From Tubiluchus corallicola (lineage: Eukaryota; Animalia; Priapulida), in NCBI GenBank assembly GCA_030141605.1, contig JAQGDQ010000049.1, positions 124,001-188,000 on the forward strand: 64,000 nucleotides of DNA. Reading direction: 5' to 3'. Within the stretch, counting starts at the first letter, position 1. Every line of letters starts with the position of its first letter. The notes beneath the pieces were generated by a model. The model searched no databases. It had not been told where the DNA came from and saw nothing but the letters and a program-made list of their open reading frames with translations. Shown here in pieces: positions 39,401-53,538 of the stretch. A program made the translations under genes and the position numbers.

Positions 39401-41517
39401 TGTGATATGTTTCAGTATGTCCAAGTACAAGCATAGTAGCAGCACATTTCAAAAAATGTCTATTTCGTGGATTATTGGCTGAAACCATATTTTACCGCTT
39501 CTTCATTTATTAGTTAATGAATGAATGAATAAAAACTTCAGCTGTTGCTTGAAATTAGAGCTTGCCCTGCTTAAACGAAGTACAGGTTTACCACTTCGAT
39601 TGTATTTGATTGTGGCCTGTTAATCACTTTCGCGTACTGCAATTAGTTTTGATCGGGCCGATGCAATTTGCCTCACCATAAAAATTAAACAACGATGTCA
39701 CAAAATCCGAGCCCTTGAAAATAATTAGAAAGGTTTGGTGAGTGTAATTTATATTCTGACGGAGGTATCATTGATGCATTCTGTCAACGACATTTTACGT
39801 TTAAAGAAAACGACGGCTTCGTTTCACATGAAGGCAATCATAATTCAGTTTGCAGATAACTTCATACACGCCGCTTGGTCTGTCCTCTTGACGGCGAAGC
39901 TTATATATGGTGTATGGTATCACTTAAGCTGTTGATCATTTAACATCGACATGCAGTTGAAACTGTTTCCCAACTGTTTTCATTGGTGGATCGTAATCTT
40001 CCCTAGTCGAAAATGAATTCTTGGGGAACTTTTAAAGAGCTAATAACTGATCAACAAATGATTAATAACTAATTAGTTAATCAATCAGTCACATTAATTA
40101 GTCAGCCAGCCAGTCAGTCAGTTATTCCGCACTCAGTCAGTCGGTCACTCCGTCAGTTTGTAAGGTAACCAATCTGTCAATCTCTCAGTCAAACGGTTAG
40201 TCCGTAGGTCGGTCGGTCGGTCAGTCACCTACTCTAAGCACTTTTAAGATACGATGTGTTACACAAAACTAAGTTAAACTGCACAAAATGCCCCAAACTA
40301 AAACTGTTGACGAAATTTTACGCTTGATGTAAGCACTTAAAGGAAAACAGGACAGTTTTTCATATCACATTCCATTTTAAAGTACGGGAAAAAGTATACA
40401 TTTTCAAACCTATAGTAAAGCCAAAGCTTTTCTGATAATTAAGTAATAGGTTAAAAAGCTTAACTAATGATGGTCAAACCAAACTAGTGTTGACATCAGA
40501 AGTGGACGTAATTTTCAATAGCACAAACATTCCGCGATAACTGAAGTACAGTGCTACTGTACAGCATTCAGTGTGATCTATAAAAACACGTCAATATGTA
40601 AATGTAAAATCCAAATTCCAAGTTTACCGCTGCGCTCACACTTGAGCTCTCCAATGGGTGTACTACGTCACAAACGAACACCTCTGAACTAAGAGATGCA
40701 GCACCTGTTTTTGTACAGTGCGTTTCTGCGATGCAGACGCTAGTGCCCGTTTAACTAGCGAATGGCAAAATACATGTAAAAGGCCAAGATCTAGGCTACA
40801 CAAACGGAAAATTACGTTTTTGTGGTAATAATTCTTTGACGTAATCATTCTTGAAAAATAGCATGTTTCCTTTCAATATTTTACTGGGTTGACTGCTTTG
40901 AGCTGTAGTTTAAGATAGAGTCCAGTTTTCCTTTAGACAACTATACAATTCCGCAAAATGTCGCTGAGAATCTTTTCTGTAAAACCTCACATAACATCAT
41001 TCGTTAAGATGTTTAATAAACTGCTGTCGGCATCCTGCTAGCCTTTTGACCTATCACAATCTCATCAATCTAACGCTTGTCTTCTGTACAATTATCTAAG
41101 TGTTATTAACCAACTATAAAATGATCTTTGACAGAATGAATGAATTTTTAATGATCGTAATTGCATTACTGCGAACTGTGACATAGCATGAAGTAAAGGA
41201 GAGGTTATGAGCCAATTCAGTTTTCTAGTGTGTTAACACTGAAGTAAGAGGTTTTTAGTTCTCTGTCTCACGAATAATAGCAAGAAAATTAAGCAGAGTA
41301 AAAATGTTTGAATTGCCGTGTAAGTGTAACGAGATTTGTATTTCTTTGCAAAATCTGTGATTTTAATCTGCGACAGATTTTAAACTGTGTGCACTGATTG
41401 TCGTGCCGCTAGACTATTTCCGATTGCGAGGCATTGTGAGAGAAATTGTGAATGTAACGTTATGAATTAGTCGCTATTAAAAGTCTGCTTTAAATTTCCA
41501 TTAAGGGATTTCAATTA

Positions 41518-41726
41518 GGCATTTACCTAACAACCGGAATGCGTATGCGTTATGAGGTAGGGAATAGACAAAATCGGTTTATATCGTTTTCAATGCACCC
41601 GTTTAGCAGACCTGCGTTGTTCGTTCTTTTTGTCTGCAGCTATTTCCTATTGATTTTTTATTCCGCAGCTATTCCGCATGTGGATAACGTATAACGCATA
41701 CGCATTCCGGATGCTACGTAAACACC
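41518..41726. mobile_element. MITE with about 36-bp TIRs (possibly PIF/Harbinger-type); partial copy at about 62936-63073
   Basis: ggcatttacctaacaaccggaatgcgtatgcgttat ... ataacgcatacgcattccggatgctacgtaaacacc. Confidence 0.75.
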
Positions 41727-41957
41727 ACTTTAGTTTTGTATAAAACTATGTATAGCAAACCTTGCTGCTTAGTGTAATCAGAAAACGTTGTAAGTGTTGC
41801 AGCTGAGGGACGGACATTATCGGCATACATTAAGTGGTTGATAATCATGTTTACGCAGCACTTACGTGCATGACAAAGCAATTCTCAAGTTTTTAAAATG
41901 AAAATTAAAAAGAGTTACTATGAGGGAAGAGGAAAAAGACAAAAGACAAATAAAGTA

Positions 41958-42078
41958 AGAGTGAGTGAAAGTGAGAGTACGAGTGATTGTGAGAGTGAGA
42001 GAGAAAGTGTGAGTCAGTGTGTGAGAGCGAGAGGGAGAGGGAGAGAGAGAGAAAAGAGAGAGAGAGAGAAAGAGAAAG

Positions 42079-42136
<58 letters not shown>
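41958..42136. repeat. (GA)n microsatellite
   Basis: Direct reading. Confidence 0.95.
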
Positions 42137-42141
<5 letters not shown>

Positions 42142-43192
42142 GTGGTTTCTTTCTGTACGTACGTATTGAAACAATATGTTTAGATAAAAAGAAACAAAAG
42201 AAACGCTTATCAGCTAATTCTTACTGTGTATATCCGAGGTTTGTTTATGCAGTTTTAGAAAAGCCAGCTCCATGTTTCTCTTTCTGTCTCTTTCGTTGTT
42301 TCTTTTTTTCATTGGTTTCGCCATCATTTTCTTCCTCTCGTCTCTCTACCTTCATACCACAGGTTTGAGAAATTGAACGCGACAATATATAAACTAATGC
42401 CTCGACTCGCTTTGGCTAATATCCATATTAGTGTAGCATGCCAAATTGATCAGTGAGCCAACTAGACTGTCGCCTAAGTAAAACCTATAGTGAATTACCG
42501 CTGCGTGAAAATGCTATTTAAAAATGGCTTACATTTTGCTTTCTCTGCTTCTTGTGGTCACGTTGAGGATGCGAAACGTGCTTTAAGAGAAACGATTCAA
42601 TTTTCGAAACCTTTTAGCTGATTTTTGCGTGCAACATCAACGGGAGAAATTTAAGGCCGCCGGATATGAAATATATCATGTTTGCAACAAAGTCATTAAC
42701 TTTATTATTATTTAATGAAATTCTCAGACAAGATTTGTCACATTCGCTTTGTCAACAGGTGTGGTTCAATTATTTATAATTTTTGTGCTTTTGCTTGCTC
42801 TCTGGCTGATATAAGAGATGCATTACCTGAATCAGTTCTTCACTGATTAGCGCATTACAAAACAGTATACTTGACAGATACTTGGTAAGATAAAAATTAA
42901 CAAGAAAGAATTAGATTCGAAGCACTTTTCAACATGGCACTTCATGACGTCACCTGATGAAAGATCTCTGATGGACAAGGTCTTCATTTTTACTTTTCTG
43001 CGAAACTTGTGTAGATGTGCATGTAGGAGCTGAAACTTCTTAGTAGTCGCATCTTATAGTCATATGTCTCCGCAAGAACTTACCAGTATAGCAAAGATGT
43101 GAACAGACAAAAATATAAATTGTTTAAGTGAAACTACAGATTTTTTCCAACTTAGCAGAAGGATTTAAGTGATAGCAACAATAGACCGATCA

Positions 43193-43374
<182 letters not shown>

Positions 43375-45090
43375 TTTTCATTATTATATTATTATTACTA
43401 TATTATTATTTCATGCAGAAGAGTGCAATTAGATTTATATGTAAGCATATTCGACTCCACTGACCTATATTATCAGTTGCTGTTTTTACTTATTTCAGCA
43501 TAAACTTATGTGAGACTTTGTCAATAGTAACAAAGTTTGTTTGTCTAGGTGATATTGTATTTCGACTGCTTTGTTTGATGCTGCACAATTCTGATTTGTT
43601 AAACACATGCTAAGGCAGACCAGGGAAGGATTCAGGCAGTAAAATTTCTCATTTATTTCAGATAAAAAATCGCTGATTTTTAGCATTTTAAAATTTTCCT
43701 GACGAGGTCAACGCTGTCGCGTTATTGCTACTGCGATCAGCGATTACAGTTAGAAAGAAACGAACTGCACGCCTACTAGAATCTCAGAAGGAAGGTCCAC
43801 TTATCAGTCTTGTCCTTAGTTGCAAACAATTAAACATTAATGCAAATATCAGATTCTGTGTATAACTAGGTATGTATGTGATCAATCATCATTTAGCCAG
43901 CAAACTTCCACAACTTGGTGGTTTTGTTGGAACTGGTATTGCTGTTATGGTCTTTGCAGTGAATCTTAGCCATAGAGACGGCAGCCGATCCTTATAATAA
44001 AATAAAAATTACGTTAAATTAACATGATAAACTTTTATATAATATGCACGTAAACACGAAAAACTGCCGTACGTAAGTTTACTTGACAACAGTGTTGTAG
44101 TAGTGGACAATGACAATCAACTTTTGAAAGGTATAATGCTTCAACGACAAACTTTTTTAATCCAGTGCTTCAATTTTAATTCAATGATGTCTTGATAACT
44201 ATTCTGACAAAGGGTATTATGCCTTGTGTTATTATCATTAGGTAGAAAACAAATACAACATCTAGATTTTCGACAGACAACGTCCACATACCTGTCGATA
44301 CGTCAGTACTTTTTTCATATCGAGTAAGCAAAATCAGACATTCTTTTTTTCTCAACCTTAAGATTCTTCTTAGTACACTTCAGTAATGGGCGAAGAAGTT
44401 TGGTACCATGTTGTAAAAGAGGCGAATAATTGCAAGGAAAAATTTTCATCCTGATTAAAAAAATCTTTATCTTTTCAGGTTTTAGGAGTGATCATCTGCT
44501 AATAATCATGCAATTGGCGTTACTGAAAATGCTCGCATAAGTCTATGATACCAAACGGCATCATACCTTTTGCTAGTTACGTCAAACACTAAGATGTCGT
44601 AATCTTCGTTCCGTTGTTGTGAAAATGAAAGTGAAGATTCAACCCACGCTACAAATAATGTGAACAACCAAATACTGAATGTTGTAAGGATATCTGCCGC
44701 CAGATTATCTGAATGATTCACTCTGGCCTTTCGTTCCACCATGTCGACCTCACGATGACAATGACAGGAATTTACTCGCTCCAAGTATACTCACGCATAG
44801 TAAATAATGTGGAAAGTGTTTGGCATATTGACCATTTAGGCTGTGGTAAGAGCGTTGCTTTGCACTAACTTGAATTATTCAAGCTAGTACCAATCGGTTC
44901 ATCGTTCATAAATGGTTAAACACAGTTTCGCGTGAAGCGAGAAGAAATTTTGTTTAACTTGATAAAGGCGCGTGTATCATTTGAACTTCACGCAATACAT
45001 TGTGCCTCTTTTCAACATTTCCCAGTGTCCATATATATATAGTGCATTATATATAGTTATTTAAACTTGAATTTACACCGACATATCAAC

Positions 45091-46353
45091 ATGGAAGCAA
45101 ATGTAACAGGCCAGCAACCACTCGACGACAAACAGTACGAAGATTTTATGTACTTGATGAGGAAAGTAGTGCAGAGGTACTCGATACCCGTTGTAGCAGT
45201 CATAGGCGTGTTAACGAACACTCTTGCAGTGATAGTACTGACTCGAAAAAACATGAAGTCGTCCACTAATTGCTACCTTACAGCACTGGCCATTTTTGAT
45301 GCTTTGTACATATTGTTTAACTTCTCGCTAAGTCTTATGCATCAACCGGGAATGCTGGAAAATCACACCTACATTGACTATGTCCCTTGGGGATTCCCCC
45401 TTTCAGACCTGTGCAGCAACACGTCAGTGTGGCTTGTGGTGTCATTCACTATAGAACGATATATCGTGGTTTGTCATCCACTGAAGGGTAAGGCATTCTG
45501 TACGATAACCAGGGCAAAAATTGTCATTGTCAGTGTGTTCTGTTTTGCTCTTGCTTGCATCCTGCCAACCTTCTTCGAATGGACAAGCGGTTGGGAAACG
45601 GATACAGAGACTAACGAGACGTACTATTTTTTCTTTCACACAGATTTGGGAAAAAATCCATCATTCCAGGATGCCTTCTATTGGTTCACGGGATTGACAT
45701 TCAGCTTAATTCCAATCCTGCTGCTAATAATCTTCAACGGGTTTCTAATGAGATCTGTTCATCTAGCGCAAAGACAGCGTCGTAAGATGACAATGACGAC
45801 AGCGACGAAGCACCATGGAGCATCAGACAGCAATCAGGAAACTCGTATCACAATCATGTTAATCGTCATAGTCGTTGTATTTCTCATCTGTCAACTACCG
45901 TCAGCTGTTCTACTGATCTGGTCCAAAGATATGAAGCAGGACTCCCCCAAGCAGAAATTGGCCGTAGGTCTTAACAACATCAGTAATTTCTTGATGGCCC
46001 TCAATGCCACCTGTAACTTCTTCTTGTATTGTTTCCTAAGCGAGAAATTTCGTCAGACGTTGATGGAACTCTTCTTTCCTTGCTTTAAGTGTGCAAAACG
46101 AAGAAAGAACAAAGGTGCAGAATCTATGACTAAGACGACTACGGTTTGCGTCCCGCACAGGACAAAAGGGAGACCAAAACCTGGCGAAGCAGGAAAGAGA
46201 TACAGCTGGAATCCGCTACCTGAAAATTCGGACTCTGAATATCGGCGTAACAGCTATGAACCGATGACAGAACTAGAAAAAGACAAAAAACAGTTATTTT
46301 CTGGTAATACCCAACGAAATGGCAAGACGAATAATTCGTTTCTTGCTCCATAA
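45091..46353 (+). CDS. Intronless class A neuropeptide GPCR of the FMRFamide/proctolin/myosuppressin/sex-peptide receptor group
   Basis: Seven hydrophobic segments; VLTRKNMKSSTNCYLTALAIFD, SFTIERYIVVCHP (ERY), CQLP in TM6 and NFFLYC in TM7 are typical of this group. The ATG at 45091 (aacATGG) is followed by an N-glycosylation site NVT; candidate polyA signal AATAAA at 46931. Confidence 0.92.
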   Translation: MEANVTGQQPLDDKQYEDFMYLMRKVVQRYSIPVVAVIGVLTNTLAVIVLTRKNMKSSTNCYLTALAIFDALYILFNFSLSLMHQPGMLENHTYIDYVPWGFPLSDLCSNTSVWLVVSFTIERYIVVCHPLKGKAFCTITRAKIVIVSVFCFALACILPTFFEWTSGWETDTETNETYYFFFHTDLGKNPSFQDAFYWFTGLTFSLIPILLLIIFNGFLMRSVHLAQRQRRKMTMTTATKHHGASDSNQETRITIMLIVIVVVFLICQLPSAVLLIWSKDMKQDSPKQKLAVGLNNISNFLMALNATCNFFLYCFLSEKFRQTLMELFFPCFKCAKRRKNKGAESMTKTTTVCVPHRTKGRPKPGEAGKRYSWNPLPENSDSEYRRNSYEPMTELEKDKKQLFSGNTQRNGKTNNSFLAP

Positions 46354-47179
46354 AGCACAGCAAAATCATAAATTGCTGAGGTTTTTGCAAGTCTTCGATA
46401 GTGACTTATTTAGTGACCCACCTGAGGTTATGATTGTACGATTGGCATGATATTATTATTGTATGTGATAAAAAGTACAACGTAGGAAAATAGTACTATG
46501 TACATAAAAAATATCAATGAAGCCACAAATACACAAATCAGAAAACAGTGGTCCGCAATTATGAACCGGCGTATTATTTTTCACAATATTTGGCTGCAGC
46601 TTTGGTGTGTACAAAAATGTTTTTTCCTATTACTATTGGTTATAGACTGTGTTTATTGCTACATTTCTGTCAATTTAGCTAGTTTGCATCCCACGTCTGC
46701 AGTGTAGTTTGTTGTTAGCACATTGGTGATGATGAATAATCTCTGTTATGAGCTATATTGTAATTAACCACCTTTATATCGGAAATATATTGCCGCTTCA
46801 TTTACCGAATCAAATTTGCATGTTAATAAGTGTATTAATATTGTAGTAAACCGGAAGTCATGTTATATATGTAATCAGTGAAATAGTGACCACGAGTGTC
46901 AATCATGTTATCATGTAATTATATTATATAAATAAAGTATTCAATCTGTTGCTGTTAAATGTATTTTTCCTTTGAAGTTCAAAGACCTTCCAGGAGAAAT
47001 TTTAAAAATAAGTGTTGCATCACTGTAACACACGAGAGAATAACACGTATCCGAATTACTTTTGCAATTTACAAAGCAAAACGAATTTAACTATTGTTAT
47101 TAGTTGGGGTCCATTACATCTTCGTGATTTTCCAGTGTAAAACGTTGTGATTTACTAATAAGCCTCCAGGTCTAGCTCT

Positions 47180-47670
47180 ATGTAGCTCAAGTTATGTCCT
47201 TGCAGCAGATTCAAATTTGAGCTGATCATATCCAAAAAAAGATTGCCTGTGTTTTCTCTGCCGAGCATGTACCCAGAGTAACAAGTAAAAGCAGGGAAAT
47301 AAAATCCTTTGAAACTCCTGTTATCGTACACACAAAAATTTAATTTCGACTGAATGGTAAAAGCACCTAAAACGATTGAGATTGAAAACAGTAAAATTTA
47401 CACTACAGAGTATATACTAGCTCAAGATAATCAGCTGAGCGCTAGAGAGATCTTCTTGTAGGAGATTCGATTTTGGGACGGGTCATATCCAAAAAAATAG
47501 TATGTATCTATTTTCCTCTGCTCAGCATGGACTCAGGATAACAACACAAAAGCAAGGTAATAATGCAAATGGCGTTTCGTTTGAAACTCCTATATCTTTC
47601 CGTATCCACAAGAAAATTAAATTTCCATTGAACAATAAACAAAGGCACCTAAAGCCGTTAAGATTGAAGC
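47180..47670 (+). mobile_element. Two adjacent degenerate copies of a tRNA-derived SINE-like element
   Basis: Repeated tagctcaag...gattc(a/g)a...tcatatccaaaaaaa...ctctgc..agcatg...tttgaaactcct...gcacctaaa...gattgaa starting at about 47183 and 47418, with A-box- and B-box-like heads. Confidence 0.55.
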
Positions 47671-49930
47671 AGCTATTGTTCACAGTAATACGATTCACTA
47701 ATACCTTTTTCTTTTCTTTTAGCTAAAGTTGCCACTAAGACAAAAAATCTCTGATGTTGATGTAACATCTATTGCTTGTTTGTAAATAGAACACATTGTG
47801 GACGTCGGCACATTATTGATCAATAGCGAATATGACATTTTAGATTTGCTTCATGGTTTGCACAATATCCTTTTCAAGGCATGCTAATTACTTTTATAGC
47901 TGTTTCGACCGAGAGAAAAATGGCTGAGACGTATTTTTGACTGGGAAGTTACGCAACACTGATTTTGGCTATAAAATATGGATAGGAACATAAAGAAACT
48001 ACTTGTGTAATTTTGTCTAGCTCATTACCGCTAGATATATGCAATAGTTCCACTTGTTCCGCTATTTTTCATATACAGGCATACTTTGTCTTTATTATAT
48101 CCACCAGTTTAACTTCTCATTTAAGATAAGGCATTAAATAAGCCGCATTTGTAAATTGTAATTTGCAATTTATTATCCGTTTCAGCATAGTTGCAATTTA
48201 CATTATCACATTATAACTGTTACACATCATATCAATTGTAGTTACAAAAATTGTAAAAGGACTATATTAATATAATTAACTAACTACATGATAGTTTACC
48301 ATCAGGAAGCATATACTGCTTAGTGGTCAAGAATGAGACCACCGTGAAAAGTGGAAAGAAAAAACTGCTTAACTATCAATCTAACAATCGTTGCATACAA
48401 TGCTACTGTGGCAACTGTGAAATGCATTTATTTCCCTAACCTCTTCGGTGTAATGACCTTATAAATAATCTGGGATGTAATCGTTTAACAGGTGTTTTTA
48501 CCATCTCACCACTTGTTCCGCTCGTATGGAGGATGAAAAGGGAGTTATTTGGCAAGTCTTTCTCCAATTTTTCGTACTATTGTTTAGCGTTTTGAAATAA
48601 ATGTTGTCACATTGGGAGTAAGCACATTTCTTCATGGATTTACCTAAATCAGTACATTGCCAACAACTCAATACCAACATAATTGTTAAACTAAATTTAA
48701 TCGTTGTTATTTTGTTGTTGTCGTTTTTGTGCTTTTGTTTGTTGTTGTTGTTATTGTTGCTGCTGCTGTTGCTCTTGTTGTTAGTTTAAACACACGTCAT
48801 TTATAAAAAAAATCACAAGCATCTATTTAAGGCCATGCTTCATCTTCTGTTACATTGCATTGTGGTATTTCACAGGGTTCGGCATTGGGATCAATCCCAT
48901 GGAACATGTACATTACTCCTCTGTCAAAAACGTGAAGATCAAGAAAAATCAAAAATACCCCGACAATAACCAAATTTATTTATCTTTTTTGCAATGCAAT
49001 TATGCAGAAGATCTTGTTCATATAAGAATTGAAAGCTGTATTTCTGATATTAGGCATAAATAGTGGATGCACGAAAATAAATTATTTATTGAGTTAAAAA
49101 CTTATTAATTAATTAAACAAATAATTATTTGGCTATTTGTCTCAAGGCGCAACTCAATCATGCTGTCTTTTACGGGTTGATGATTCTGATATTTCACGTA
49201 GCCAGACTGCTAGACATCTGAACATTACATTCGACAGGTGTCTTAAATTGCAAATTTCCATCATTTGTAATATTTTAAGATTAAATATTGTATTACATTC
49301 AATAATTGGCAACATACTACCACATAAATTTAATATTAATAAAGACCATAAGTCTAAAACAGCCAGAGCGGAAAAGATCAATAATAAAAAATATTTTATG
49401 TCAAGACACAATAATGTGTACAAAGAAATGCCAAAATAGCGCAAAATATAGACTTGTAAGAAAAAATCTTAGGAAATGGATCTGGGATATAAAAGAATAA
49501 GTAAAAACAGACGTCCTTGTGACGTATAAAATATGTGATGTATCTGACTATGACCAAAGTTTAAACGCCAGAGTTGTAAAAACGGCTATGGTTTGATTAA
49601 TGACTGGTCATGTCCAATGTGACTATGAGGACGGCACAACTGAACATCTGTTAAGATTCCACGTTTACCGCAGTTTTTGTCACGATGATGTATCAGAGGT
49701 GAACATCAGCACAGAAAACGTATATGAGTTAATTAAAATGCCAGGTCGCGCACGTGATACAAAACTGTTACTGTAAAATGTGTAATATGTATATAAAAGA
49801 ATAAATAAATGTAAATGTAATGAGTAAATTATGTAAAACAAATTGTACGTTTTATTCACCTGTACCCAATATGAAAAGAATTTTAAATGGTAGTAATAAA
49901 TATTATCATGGCGAATAGGCATATTTTTTT

Positions 49931-50057
<127 letters not shown>

Positions 50058-50689
50058 TTAATAATGTTTTAGTGCGTTATTGCGTATTTTTTCCAGTAGG
50101 TTGTATTAGTATCGCTGTCTGTAAGATCTTAGTATATTTTTTTATCATTTTATTGTTTACAACTACCGTCTTTTAATTGCCTTTTTATTGTAAATGTGAT
50201 CTTATTCCATCTTCTAACTGCTACAATTTTTAGTTGAAAATAAACCTTTTATCTACCTATCTGTCTAGCTAAAAGAAAACACAACGTGTGTTGGTCCATA
50301 CCCGTGAAGTGAAGCTAGAGAAATCACCGAAGTCACCGAAATATAAACTCACTTGATGATTATGTTTTAAATGTCTTTAACAACTGATTGTCCCACTATT
50401 AACGATCTGGAGCTTCATTTGCAATTTTTAACTTTTTTCATTTTTTTGACGTTGTTTGTCTTTTTTTATTTAATTATAACTTTACCTCTGATTGTAGCTA
50501 ATTGTTATTTCTAGATGTTGTTAATTTTTCTTCTTCTAACAACAGGCGTGCCGCTCTGATCGTGGCGAAAAACTACAATCATGTTATAAAAAGTCTGTTG
50601 AAACTGAGAAGGTTTTGGCTATTTGTTTGGCTATATGCTGGCTGGCGTGGTCTAATTATGATTGACTCGGAAGTAGTGCTAACAAAACT

Positions 50690-51420
50690 ACTGGTATAGC
50701 AGTGTCTAGTTTTTTGCTGGATTACTGCTGTGTTTACCTGTCTAAGAGTAGAATTCTGCCTGCTCATTGTCAACAACAGACATGATGGGCATAAAATTAA
50801 GATGATAATGATGATCGCGTGCTAAAAGTGAAACCACTAGCACTACTATGGAGTATGGTATTTTTCAACTGTAAATGAAACACTAGTAAGAATCGCCTTA
50901 AAACGTTGCAAAAAAACATGACAAACCAAAAACAACTTGATTGGTTAAGTTAAATAACTGTTCAACAACTTCGACCAAATCTAACTTTACTTAGGAGCAG
51001 AAGCGCTTACACTGTCAGCTGCACATAGCAGTGGGGGAATATTATAATCAGTGGAAATGCAGTTAAGGACCCAATCTCTACAACATATCGAATAAGACTT
51101 TGGTGATGATTATGATTGTATATCTATGGTATTTGGATCAAAAGTGGTGCTGGCATAGCAGTGTTTAGTTTTTTGAGGATTACTGCTGCATTTACTTGTC
51201 TGGAGGGCGGAGTTCTTTCACTTTAAAATTCTGCCTGCCCAAAATCTTCAATAGATGTAATGTGCATGTGATGGTATGACGATAACTGTGTATACCTGTT
51301 TTGCTGGATTATAGTTGTGGTTTTTGTCTAATAAAAAACAAATAAGTTGTCTTAAGGATGTATTTCTTTTATTTGAGAATTCTGCCTGGCCAGTGTCTAC
51401 AATAGACATTAGTCAGCATA
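50690..51420 (+). repeat. Three degenerate direct repeats of about 100 bp upstream of COQ2
   Basis: ctgg(t/c)atagcagtgt.tagtttttt...ggattactgctg...aattctgcctg...caa.agac recurring at about 50690, 51150 and 51300. Confidence 0.6.
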
Positions 51421-52372
51421 ATGTTTATGATAAAAACTTAGCTGCCTAGGTCATGCTTTTCGATTACCAGAAGACAGTCCACTTTTTAAAGCTTTTAGTG
51501 AATGAATTCACACAAAAAGGTTTCAATGAAACATCTCTAATTTTGAAGATACTTCATCATTGAGAGTAGCTAAAGAATATACGGTTTGGCGGTAGAAGGT
51601 AGATGATGTAATGTCCTTGGACGATTGATGTGCATTATATGAGCATGATAAATGTTGGTAGATGCACTGGATGGGAGGAAGATGTATATAACTAAAAAAT
51701 TGTTTATAATTGAAATAGATTATGTATGAAATTATGTAGGCTGACTGGTCACGCACTTACTCACATGTATTTCCAATTCGATTTTGGTGGCTGGACTAAT
51801 TTTATCTTTAATTTTGAAGTCTCACTTAGCACGTCGAGTTTTGTTAAAGGTATCAAAAGCTAAAATCAGTAGTGATAATTATAATTGTGCAGTTTAATTA
51901 ACTACTGGGTTCATTTTGGCACTACTATGTTTCATGCGCCTGGTACTTAGTTTACTGAAGACTCCAAGAAGTTTGATTATCATTGGTAGTCGGGTCGTTA
52001 AGTCAAACATTTGTAAGTCGAAGATAAACTGCATGTTGAAATTTTTGTGTTTTTCAAGCAAGTGTTATATTGTCCAAATATTTCCATTGATTAATCTGTG
52101 CTGTATATCATATTTTTTAATGCTTAAACACTAATTTTCTTGGAAGTACTAATAAAATAAATAAGTTTAATTTTACTGACTATTTACATTTTTATTCCTG
52201 ACTTGCTGTGTAGACAGGGCCCCCCAGTGCACTGTTTTGCTCTGGGCCTATAATGCAGTTAAGACGGCCCTGAATTTTCTTAGCTTTGCAAAATTTGATG
52301 GTAGTGTTACACTTTTGCATTTTGTAGTTTTTTGAGCTAGGATTTTTGCTTCAGTTTTTAAATTATTTTCAG

Positions 52373-52418
52373 ATTAAGGTTTTTCAACATCACACTTTTG
52401 ATTAGGCCTATTACACTG
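52373..52418 (+). other. COQ2: Candidate COQ2 5'-UTR exon
   Basis: Acceptor ttattttcag| and donor ctg|gtaaga; next acceptor ttttcttttgtag| ends at 52818. No transcript evidence. Confidence 0.35.
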
Positions 52419-52846
52419 GTAAGACTAAACAAAAGGAAAGTTAGTTAGCACAGTAGAGACAGTCATGGATAGACCATTGTAGGGCTTTGGGCATGGTACC
52501 CCTACGTGAGGAGCTTGGGAATTTTTCTGTTGCCTTTTATAACTGCACCATTAGTGCACTGGATGAAATTTTTACACTGGCAGGACATTCATCAATATAA
52601 GAGCTCACAGATGTGTGTTAGAGCCTTCATTTTAATGAAGTTAACACATATTGAAGAAGCAGAAGCACTTTGTTTACTTTACTACCTAAAAGTTTAAAGC
52701 TTGTTTCAATGTTACTAGAGGTCATCTGTGCCAGCCCAGGAATAGAGAATATCGCTTGTAGCTTTGTAACCGTGCATTGAAACCAGTTTGTCTATAATTT
52801 TCTGGTTTTCTTTTGTAGTAACCATGGTTTATTGTAAAGATTAGCA

Positions 52847-53363
52847 ATGTGTAAGTGGTTTAAACACAGGTGCTGTATAACTTGTTTGTCAAATGCATCA
52901 TGGACTTCAACAGTAATGTTTCCACATCAGCTGCAGCAACCATTATTACTCATGCAGAATTCGAAAGATCTGCTGAACTGTAAATTCAAAAATCGGTTCC
53001 TACAGATGCAGAGTTGCCATTACTTCTCTAGTGTGGTGCTTACTTGCATATCCGGTACTTATGGTAGCTATGTTCAAAACTGCCGCTGCTTACATTCTTT
53101 AGCGAGTAAAACTCGGCGAACTATTTTGTGCAAAAATTCGTTTCATGCATCCAAAAAACCTAATCTTCTTCAGTATTCCTTTACGGAATTGTTATCACAA
53201 CAGATATGGATGAATAGGAAACATGAGTTACTTTCTAAACCTTGCTATCGTAATTTAAACATTTTAAAGAGACATTTAACATTCAGTCCAGAAGGAATCG
53301 TGCGTTCTGCTCCAACAGCCTGGCAGCCATATTTGAGGCTCATAAGATTTGATAAACCAACAG
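52847..53363 (+). CDS. COQ2: COQ2 coding exon 1 (long N-terminal presequence-like region, then PYLRLIRFDKPT)
   Basis: Conserved UbiA/COQ2 start WQPYLRLIRFDKPTG; donor acag|gtattt in phase 1. The start Met is uncertain because several in-frame ATGs are present. Confidence 0.85.
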
Positions 53364-53538
53364 GTATTTGTTCCTACTTTGTAATCAATCTTATCTAGAT
53401 TTTTAAATTTATTTAATTCTATGCTAATATGCAGAATGAGCAATGGAGCAAACCACTTTTGTTTGTCTCATCATTAATGTCACATTCCCGAAAAGACCCT
53501 TGAACTAATTCTAATGTGAATAACTGTAGTACTAGATA

